Source of the DNA: Octopus vulgaris
Taxonomy: Eukaryota
Assembly (NCBI GenBank): GCA_951406725.2
Contig: OX597831.1
Coordinates: 22,072,001 to 22,136,000 of the forward strand
DNA: 64,000 nt
Direction: 5' to 3'
Part shown: positions 54,655 to 64,000 of the stretch, in pieces
Layout: every line of letters begins with the position of its first letter
Numbering within the stretch: position 1 is the first letter of the stretch
Notes under the pieces: model-generated
Seen by the model: only the letters and a program-made list of their open reading frames with translations
What the model was told of the DNA's origin: nothing
Databases searched by the model: none
Position numbers and translations under genes: made by a program

Positions 54655-57617
54655 CGGACCCTGAACGCGTCGTTAACGGCGTGCAAAGCTTACAGAGACC
54701 GGATTAGTTTACTAGTTAAGCGGGCGCTCACGGGGGCAATCATCAACAACAACTGGTGGTTTGCTCTCAAGAGAGCAATTAGAGTAGAGTCGATTAGGTT
54801 TAGTAAGACTCTAGCTATTGAACGTAGGAAGAGAGAACGGGATTTAGTTAAGAAACTACACGAGGCTCTTGAGACTGGCATCGCGACCGACGTGTTGGTG
54901 GCAAGGTTGGCCCTCGACCAACACTTTGACGCCAAACACAAAGGCTGCGTTGTCAGAGCTAAGGCACGTTCGCTAAGCGGGGAGGGGACTAGGGCCGCTC
55001 GATGGGCCCGCGTGGCGGAGGCGAAGCGAGGCAACGAAGCGACCATTCGGTCTTTGGTGGACCAGAACGAGCGCGAGGTTACCGAACCGAAGCAGATGTG
55101 TGCGGTGTTTCAGCGGCACTTTGCTCAACTGTTTGGGACGAGCGGTGGAACGGATAATGGTACAGACTTTTGTGTGTACCTGGACGGCCTACCGCAAATC
55201 TCGGACAGCGAGGCGGAGTGCTGCGAAAGGCCGATATCTGCCTGGGAAGTGGAGGAAGCAATGAAGAGTTGCACGAGAAGTAGATCGCCGGGTTTGGATG
55301 GTCTGCCCTACGAGCTTTACACGTCAATGCCAGACTTGTTTGGGTGCCTCTTGGAAAACGCCTACTGCAACTGGCAGCAAAACGGGAGAATTCCTGCTTT
55401 TGTTTGTCGAGGAGTGGTGGCTTTGCTGAGAAAGGACCCAAACAAGAGGGAATTATAGGCAAATTTCGGCCCATCACTCTGCTCAATGCAGAGCTGAAGA
55501 TTTTGGCCAAGGTGTTAGCCAAGAGATTGGCGCTTGTCGTGGACAAGCTGGTTGGCAAGGCGCAGACATGCGCCGTGCCGACCAGGTCGATACACGATAA
55601 CCTCGATCTCATGCGCTACATCATAGAGAGGTTGGGTAACGATGCTGGCGCGGGTGGGACTTTGATCAATTTAGATCAGAGTAAAGCCTGCGATAGGGTC
55701 GACCATCGATACCTGGCAGCTGTTCTCAAGGCAGCCGGCTTTGGTCCAGTCTTCCGCGGGTGGATCGCTGCTTTATACAGCAACATCTGCTCGGTAATAC
55801 GAGTGAACGGTCACCTTTCAGAGCCGTTTGACATCTCGCGTTCGGTCCGCCAAGGATGCCCTCTCTCCTCCCTCTTGTACGTGTTGACTCTCGGGCCATT
55901 ACTGCGCAAGTTGGAGGCTTTGAGGGGTATCCCGCGCGATCTAGGAGGTGGAAACAGCGTGTCTGCCTATGCCGACGACGTCACCGTGATGGTGTCGAGC
56001 CACAGGCACATTGACCTGATTGGCGAGACGCTAAACGAGTACGAAGCGGTGACAGGGGCAAAGATTAACGCGGAAAAGTCCGTGGGCTTGCAACTGGGCA
56101 CCTGGAGAGGCAAGCCCATGCCGTCCAACAGCGTCGTAGGGCGCTGGACAGACGGACCCGTTAAACTGCTCGGGGTCTGGTTCGGTCCGGACCTCCAGGT
56201 GGATAAAAACTGGGAAGAAGTGACGAGCAGGGTGGCACGTCTCACCCAGAAATGAGCCGAGAGCAAGCTGTCCCTGAAAGGTCGAGCGGAGGTGGCGAAT
56301 GCGTACATCGCATCCGTCATCTATTACCGCTTGACCGTCGTCCCTTGTCCCAACCGCTGGTTGGCCAAGTTGGTACGCCTGCTCTTCGACTTTTTGTGGA
56401 AGGGTCAGGTGCCACTGGTCAGGCGATCCATCTGCTGTCAACGACCGCTGAACGGAGGCCTTGGCATGCCGTGGTTACTGATGCGCGGACATGCGCTCAG
56501 GCTACGACATCTCAAGCGTTTCCTAGACGGTGAACAGGTGTGGTCGTCTTTTGCCAGACGCGACTTTCCGGAGCTCGTCTCTTTGACAGAGCTGCAGACC
56601 TGGATCAAACGTAGACCGAGAAAGGGCGCTTGGCACCTCGAGTGCCGTCAAACTCTCTCCGCCCTCCGCCAGGCGGGCAATGCGATCGGTTTTAGTTCCA
56701 CTCTAGCGTTCTATAGAGGGTTAGTGGAGGAAAAATGCGACGACGTTCTCGGGGAAACTCTAGGCGTTGATGATAACGAACTGAACGGTCTGTTTGGAAG
56801 AACTTTCGGGCCGGGGCCAATGGATAATTTCCAAAGGTCCCTCGCCTGGCAGTGCTACCGAGGAGCTCTGCCTGTTCGAGATAAACTCTACCGGCTCAGA
56901 AGTACCGTCAGCCGGGCCTTGCCGTAGGTGTTGCCAGGACGACGAAACCTTTCTGCACGCACTCGTCCAGTGCCCGAGTATTGCTGAACTATGGGTTTAT
57001 GTCGAACAGCTACTGTCACGTATAGGACGGATCCGGCTATCAGCTGAATCCATAGTGAGGATTGCCCCGCCGACCTCCTTTAACAAGGAGGGCAAGGCCG
57101 TTTTCCTGTGCCTAGTGGCTGTGGCGAAGGAGGTTGTATGGTGGACCCATTTGAAAGGGCTAAAGTCAGACACTTTCCTCTTTGGTCAAGGCCTCATCAA
57201 CTTTTTCAAGTTTCACTTGAAAAGGAAGATGAGGTTAGAGAGGAGAGTGCTGTCTGATAGCAAGTTTTCTGAAAGATGGGTGAATTGTGAAAGAATGGCC
57301 AGTATAAATGGACCAATTCTGAGGTATCGCCTGTAATTGAAAAACGTATTATAAAAGGAGAAAGGGGCTCTCTACCCCCCTTTTGACCAGGCTCCCGTGG
57401 TTTTTATGGGTTTTTCCACGCGAGACCTTTTCTTTTTTTTTTCGAAGTGTCTCCTCTATTGGGAGTTTTTCGTTGTTATATTATTTGATTGTTAAACTGC
57501 TTTTTACTCGTTTTTTTTTTTCACAAACGGACAAAACCTTTTGTAACCTTTCGTCCTGTTTTGTCCCTTTATGTTTTCCAATCATATTTGTCTGCCCTTG
57601 TGGCCAATAAAAAGAAT
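54655..57617 (+). mobile_element. 5'-truncated L1/Tx1-clade LINE ORF2 (RT and zinc finger) with 3' UTR; pseudogenised
   Basis: SPGLDGLPYELY, FRPITLLNAELKILAKVLAKRL, LDQSKA.DRVDH, SVRQGCPLS, AYADD, GGLG.P, C..C..DETF.H.L..C. Frameshift near 55450, stop at 56253, frameshift near 56920. GC-rich relative to flanks. AATAAA at the end. Confidence 0.95.
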
Positions 57618-57619
57618 TA

Positions 57620-57654
<35 letters not shown>

Positions 57655-57687
57655 TATTATTATTATTATTATTATTATCATTATTAT

Positions 57688-58085
57688 TCAGTAGTTTTAT
57701 TTTTTATAGCGTGCTTTCACTTCACTACCGAGCGCAGCTCTGTGTGCCTTGGGTATGTGCTGTGATGCTCTGATGGTTATTGTATGGAAAGTGTTCTGCG
57801 TAGGATGTGTGCAGTGCCTAGTAGTGCAATTTTCTGTATGTTATATGTGTTTGTAAGTCCTGGTGTTTTTGTTATGTATTTGTCTGAATATTTTTTTATC
57901 ATGCCTAATGCACCTACTATGATAGGAATTGTTTCTGTTTTCAGATTCCACATTCTAGTTACCTCTATTTCCAGGTCTTTGTATTTTGAGAGTTTCTCCA
58001 TTTCTTTTAGAGACACGTTGTCATCTGCCGGTATTGATACATCAATTAGAAAGCATCTTTTTTCTTCATGATCTCTGATAACTAT
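57688..58085 (-). mobile_element. R4/Dong-type 3' end (third subfamily) in (ATT)n
   Basis: CFLIDVSIPADDNVSLKEMEKLSKYKDLEIEVTRMW..IPIIVGALG plus 3' UTR. Confidence 0.9.
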
Positions 58086-58089
58086 ATTA

Positions 58090-58129
<40 letters not shown>

Positions 58130-58130
<1 letters not shown>

Positions 58131-58465
58131 GAGTGAGAGAGCAGTTCATGCCATCAAAGTGACACTGGGGTAAAATATACGAAGCCCAATATACCCATCA
58201 TGACTACCCGACTGATAAAGGTACACCAGGCACATGCATCACAACCATATGTGCGCGACATGGTGATCTCATATCAAGATAAACAGCACATGACCTTGCA
58301 GGTGGGGCCCAGTTCGAATTTTCTTCAGGTTGAGTGGCCCATCCTGCTCAAACGGTCCCTGAATAAGGGTTGCTTTAGGATGTTGAACGAAACACCTATG
58401 TTTCCAGAGGTGAACCATTCAAACTCCAAAGAATTCCTCTCAACACATGGCCATGATGCTCCCCC

Positions 58466-58466
<1 letters not shown>
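58130..58466 (-). mobile_element. Family C element, truncated
   Basis: Retains the CTCTCACTC end. Flanked by (ATT)n. Confidence 0.85.
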
Positions 58467-58519
<53 letters not shown>

Positions 58520-58529
58520 TATTATTTTG

Positions 58530-59215
58530 GTTTGGCTTGAGGTCGGTCTTGTTCATGGTAGGATGTATGTGGGTAGCGGGTTACTACCTGTAACCTTAAG
58601 TATCCACACATTTTCGGCAGCGTTTGAAGTGCTTAAAACCCTCATGATAATCCTTGCAGTCCCTAAGAGATAAATTTTCTGTAGGATCTTTACCGGGCAT
58701 TCAATTTCAGTCTCCTTCGGCCATTTGTCTATATTTTTGCTTACTCTTCCCAGCGCATCAATAATTATAGGCACGACCTTTATTGTTCGCATGCTCCAAA
58801 TCAGTGGTTTTCAACTAGGGTTCCGCCAGTACAGTGCAGGGGTTCCGCAAGAAGTTACAAAACTGCTAAAATCGGCAGTAATTTTAAAGTCCCCTGTGCA
58901 GATATGTGTGCATAAGACTATTAAATTATTGCACAGGGGTTCCTCGATCCAGTGGAATGTTTCCTTTGGGTTCCGCTCCAGCAAAAAGTTTGAAAAGCAC
59001 TGCTCCAAACTCTTCCTATTTTAAATTTTAAGGGACTGCATTCTTTTGGTTTTTCTTCCTCTTTCTTAAAACCCTAAAATCAAATGAGTATGAGTGGTCG
59101 ATAATTAAGGAACTTCTCTTTTCCTTATCTATAAATGTTATGTCTGGTCTGTAATTTTCCAACTTCTTGTCCGTTTGAATAGGACGGATTCGCCTATCAG
59201 CTGAATCCATTGAGT
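58530..59215 (-). mobile_element. Degenerate R4-type RLE fragment interrupted by a hAT MITE
   Basis: IQTDKKLENYRPDI..IID and KVVPIIIDALG..LQK..LLGTARI. Confidence 0.8.
58802..59002. mobile_element. hAT (Charlie-like) MITE
   Basis: TIRs CAGTGGTTTTCAA / TTGAAAAGCACTG. 8-bp TSD CTCCAAAT / CTCCAAAC. Subterminal GGGTTCC repeats. Confidence 0.9.
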
Positions 59216-59359
59216 AAATCAACCACCATCTTTCTTTCGGAATTTAATGTGAAAAAAGAAAACAAAAAAAGAAACAAAAATTCGTGGGTGCACCGACATA
59301 TTCTAATGAACATCACAAGTTTTTTTTCAAAAGTTCAACTTCCATTTTGTAGATATATA

Positions 59360-59760
59360 CTCTTTTCTCTTTTACTTGTTTCAGTCATTTGACTGCGGCC
59401 ATGCTGGAGCACCGCCTTTAGTCGAGCAAATCGACACCAGGACTTATTCTTTGTAAGCCCAGTACTTATTCTATCGGTCTCTTTTGCCGAACCGCTTAGT
59501 GACGGGGACGTAAACACACCAGCATCGGTTGTCAAGCAATGCTAGGGGGACAAACACAGACACACAAACATATACACACACACTTATATATATACACACA
59601 TATATACGACAGGCTTCTTTCAGTTTCCGTCTACCAAATCCACTCACAAGGCCCGGGGCTATAGCAGAAGACACTTGCCCAAGTTGCCACGCAGTGGGAC
59701 TGAACCCGGAACCATGTGGTTGGTTAGCAAGCTACTTACCACACAGCCACTCTTGCGCCT
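59360..59760 (-). mobile_element. SINE family B
   Basis: Complete reverse copy with a small internal deletion. Confidence 0.92.
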
Positions 59761-59907
59761 ATGAGGGGTATCAGTATGTATGTGTGCAGGTTCACTATTT
59801 TGCTTTCCCCTCTCACTCACTGACACACACACTAAATTCCCATATAATTGGAATCTATACCGTCAGAAAGGTATTTGTGGACAATTTCATAATTAAATAT
59901 CCATTAT

Positions 59908-60370
59908 AGGTGCAAGAGAGTGGCTGTGTGGTAAGTAGCTTGCTTACCAACCACATGGTTCCAGGTTCTGTCCCTCTGCGTGGCACCTTGGGCAAGTGTC
60001 TTCTACTATAGCCGCGGTCCGACCAAAGCCTTGTGAGTGGATTTAGTTGACGGAAACTGAAAAGAAGCCTGTCGTATATATGTATATGTATATATGTGTG
60101 TGTGTGTCTGTGTTTGTTCCTCCCCCCCGCCAACATCGCTTGACAACCAATGCTGGTGTGTTTACGTCCCCGTAACCTAGCGGTTCGGCAAAAGACAACG
60201 ACAGAGTAAGTACTAGGCTTCCAAAGAATAAGTCCTGGGGTCTTATGGACACACACACAGACACCGCACTTAACTGTCCCACCGTACTCTGTAATCTATA
60301 TACAGCTCAACTAAAGGTGGTGCTCCAGCATGGCCGCAGTCAAATGACTGAAACAAGTAAAAGAGTAAAG
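59908..60370 (+). mobile_element. SINE family B carrying a ~65-bp foreign insertion
   Basis: Complete copy with extra sequence at ~60243-60306. Confidence 0.9.
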
Positions 60371-60454
60371 GGCATTATGAAAGTTGCGAGGAAATAAAGT
60401 CGGGAGAGGGCACGTTTGTGTAGGTATGGCTTCCACTCATCTTTATCACATGTC

Positions 60455-60983
60455 TTTAACTTGTTTCAGTTATTTGACTGCGGCCATGCTGGAACACCAC
60501 CTTGAAGAAAAATTTTTTTAATCGAATGAATCAGCCCCATCACCCCCAGGTACATTATTTACTTTTAAAGCCGGGTACTTATTCTGTCGGTCTATTTGGC
60601 CGAAGCCATTAGGTTATGAGGGTGTAAACACGCCGGTCGTCAAGCGGCAGTGGGAGACATACAGACAGACAACCAGAATGAACCCGGAACCATGTGGCTG
60701 GTAAGCAAGCTACTTACCACACACCCATATATATATACGACCGGCTTTTTTCGCTTTCCGAGCTGGCAGAATCGTTAGCACGCCGGGCGAAATGCGTAAC
60801 CGTATTTCGTCTGCCGTTACGTTCTGAGTTCAAATTCCGCCGAGGTCGACTTTGCCTTTCATCCTCTCGGGGTCGATAAATAAAGTACCAGTTTCGCACT
60901 GGTTCGATGTGATCGACTTAATTTGTTTGTCTGTCCTTGTTTGTCCCCTCTGTGTTTAGCCCCTCGTGGGTAGTAAAGAAATA
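60455..60983. mobile_element. Degenerate family B copy (-) followed by a family A copy (+, 60760-60983)
   Basis: Family motifs as above. Confidence 0.8.
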
Positions 60984-61386
60984 CGTGTACTAAATCCACT
61001 CACAAGGCTTTAGTCGCCCCAGAAGACACCTGATCAAGGTGTCATGGAGGTGGATTGAACTCGCAACCCTGTGGTTAGGAAGCAAACTTCTTACCGCACT
61101 GCCACTTCTGTGCGTCACACATACACACTTTAAACTACCAGTCTACTGCTGGAGACGATATAAATTAGTCTACACCCACCGCAAAATTTCTGACCTTGTA
61201 CCTCTACGAAAACAGTTAATTACACACATATGAGTGACATGGTACACAAACAGTAGACTCCCACTCTATTTTGTATGTTTATAGACACACACATCAATGA
61301 CGTTCTACACAGACACCGCACTTAACTGTCCCCACCGTACTCTGTAATCTATATACAGCAACACCCGAAGCCACCCTCCAACATTT

Positions 61387-61444
<58 letters not shown>

Positions 61445-62132
61445 CAATACCTGACCAAAATATCTGGCAAGCTTGAGACCGAAAGTATTCCGGATTTCTG
61501 GATTTTCCGGTTTTCAAGAGAGTTTAAATATAAACTTAGAATTTAAAATAAACTAAGTAAAGTAAAGAACCAAAACTGTATTTAACAGTTTCGGATTAAT
61601 TGCTTTCTATAAATGGTCTGTTTGATATTTATTAATCCACTTAAAATTCTTAGATATATCATACTGTAATGCGTATACAGTATAATGTCTAAAGGGTTAA
61701 AATTATTTGAAGGAGAAGGTTAAGACCATCAATTTCTTTAACAGATGCAGGTACAAATTAATGCGCTTTTGAAGCAGGGTATGTTTAATACAAAACTATT
61801 TTTAACACACCGTGTGCAAATTAAGCAACTTCAAAAACTGGGTCTGTTTCCTCAATACAGGGTACGATATACTGCATGATATTACACAGTATTTCTGGAA
61901 ATTCCAGATATACGGAAGCCAGGTGAAAAGACCGGTCGGTGCAGCATGTACGAATTATACCAAACAATGAAAGCCTATCCTCTCTAACGTTTATACTTAC
62001 GCCCACGTAAAACTCATACTTCAGTGACGTTTCCCGCACCAAATACACTCCTATCTTCTGCAATGTTTTATGTACACACATATCAATGACGTGGAACACA
62101 CGCACACTCCTCATGCCTTTGTAGTAGTAAAC

Positions 62133-62215
62133 ATGGCGATAGATCTCTCTACCAACCGGGATTCGTTACTAGAAGCCTACAGGGACGTCGCAGACGATAA
62201 AACCAACACCAACTG
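62133..62215 (+). CDS. DBNL: First coding exon of a drebrin-like protein / Abp1 (ADF-H domain N-terminus); rest of the gene lies beyond the window
   Basis: AAACATGG start context. MAIDLSTNRDSLLEAYRDVADDKTNTN(W) resembles the DBNL/Abp1 N-terminus (human, from memory, [28 protein letters not shown]). Phase-2 donor TG|GTTAGT in the Trp codon. Unique non-repeat context. Confidence 0.82.
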
Positions 62216-62769
62216 GTTAGTTTGCATGGAAGAGAGAACATTTCTCTTTCCTTCCTTCAGTTCTTTCTCTATTATTCATAATATTTATAACATTTAAAGG
62301 CAATGCGTACGTGTGGGTGTCTGTGCGTGTATAAGATGTGCGTGCGCTAAATTGTGCTGCTAGGATAATAATAGGGTAAACCTGAACTTTAGCTGTCAAA
62401 AACCGAATTCTACCGACGGACTGATTCGGACTTTTATTTCAGGGCTGGTGAATAGTTAATAAAGAATATATGATATATATAATATGTATATATATATGGC
62501 TTATAAAAGTGGTGCTCCCGTAGAACTGGTGGAAATATTTTTGCCTCAGTTAACTTCATTCTTTTTCCGTTTCTCAGTGAAGTGCTGTTCTCTTCCAGAG
62601 TTCTTCCGGGTTCGAGAAACATAACAACAACCAGTCCTTGTATTGACTGTAGGCGCTTTTCTCTTCTGCACACACCCTCCACACATTGTCTCGCTTTTGA
62701 AACTCATTTGCGGGACACGCGTATGAATTGAAAATGAAATATCAATTTCTTTCCACTAATTGATAATTC

Positions 62770-62815
62770 TCTCTCTCTCTCTCACTATATATGTGTGTGT
62801 GTAAATATGTGTATA

Positions 62816-62888
<73 letters not shown>

Positions 62889-63058
62889 ATAAATATGTGT
62901 ATATATATGTATATATGTGTGTGTGTGTATATGTATATATGTGTATATATATATGTGTGTGTATATATATATATATTTATACATATGTATATATATATAT
63001 GTGTATGTACATGTATATATATATGTATGGTATATCTGTGTATATATATATATATGTA

Positions 63059-63108
<50 letters not shown>

Positions 63109-63235
63109 ATTATGCACACTCTCTCTCTTCAGTATAGAACATCTCTATTTCTACATTCACACATTTCTACTCATTAGTAACCTCTCTCTCTCTCTCTCGC
63201 ACATACACACACACACACATACATACGTGTGTGAG
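62770..63235. repeat. Intronic (TA/TG/CT)n microsatellite
   Basis: Direct reading. Confidence 0.95.
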
Positions 63236-64000
63236 TAATGAATTCTTTTCAATCACTCGTGTGTGCCAAAAACCATTTCCTCATACCTATTCCGGTTTAT
63301 TTTTTATTATTAATTACCATTACTAATAATCATTATTGCTGTTGCTCTCCACTCCACCCCCTTTTTTTTTCTCACCCGTTATAACCCCCCACCTTAGTTA
63401 TTTCTCGTTGCTTCCGTTATATTTCGTCTTTTCACTTGTCTGTCTCCAATATCTTGGGGTAGGTCTTGTGATTTGGAAAAAGCCGACTCTTCGAATAGCA
63501 GCTGTCCCTTGAAATAATTGGAAAAAAAAATTGGAATTTTGAAATTTTCTTATTTTCTTTCTCTCTCTCCATTTCTTTTTCTTTCCTTCTTCCTTCCTCC
63601 TTTTTTCTCTTCCTGCCTTCCTTCCTTTCTTTCTTACTTACTTTTCTCTCTCGCTCTCAATCGTAATTTCCGTTCTATTTAACACAGTAATACACTAGGG
63701 AGTAAGATCATTACCCCATTACTTTTCCTATAAAATAATGGAACATCAAGAAACAGCTATCCCAAAAAATAAAAAATAAATAAACCCAAAAAGGTGGTAC
63801 TCCAGCATGGCCGGAGTCAAATGACTGAAACAAGTAAAAGAAGAATATCTTCCTCAATTGGTGAAAGGCAAGAGAAACTGATTGACGGCAATTATAGCTG
63901 TGATACCCTCTGAGTAATCAGGGTACTATGCGTGCATGAGATGTACCCTGAAATGTCTGAGTTATTGCCCCCTCACCCCTGATGCGTAGGCCAAGGCTGT

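Noticed and set aside
54892-57336. Tx1 ORFs as an active element or host gene
   Set aside because: 5'-truncated (no endonuclease), with two frameshifts and an in-frame stop.
61821-62114. 97-aa minus-strand ORF divergent from the DBNL exon
   Set aside because: Non-ATG start, no recognisable motif, and it overlaps the likely promoter/UTR.
62216-62297. Continuation of the DBNL ORF beyond Trp28
   Set aside because: Similarity stops at a canonical GTTAGT donor, and what follows is AT-rich intron.

Overview
Eukaryotic, extremely microsatellite-rich, repeat-dominated DNA. The tRNA-headed SINE families and repeat landscape suggest an octopus/cephalopod genome (inference; no database search was possible). 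Almost all ORFs in the supplied track are simple-repeat artefacts. The only convincing host-gene piece is the first coding exon of a drebrin-like/Abp1 gene (62133-62215, +), followed by an intron that leaves the window. The rest consists of decayed LINEs (R4/Dong-type in (AAT)n arrays, L1/Tx1, CR1-like, RTE), a Penelope-like (PLE) RT remnant, mariner remnants, MITEs, a Helentron-type HINE and at least five SINE-like families. Three observations stand out. (1) A tRNA-headed SINE whose 3' part carries a hammerhead-ribozyme motif and which has a PLE-style inverted partial copy at its 5' end, suggesting a Penelope-mobilised SINE. (2) Several more minimal hammerhead motifs in different non-coding repeat families. 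(3) Three separate SINE/LINE 3'-tail matches inside the window (Tx1, CR1-like, RTE). All alignments and folds were done by eye, and element boundaries are approximate unless a TSD/TIR is given.
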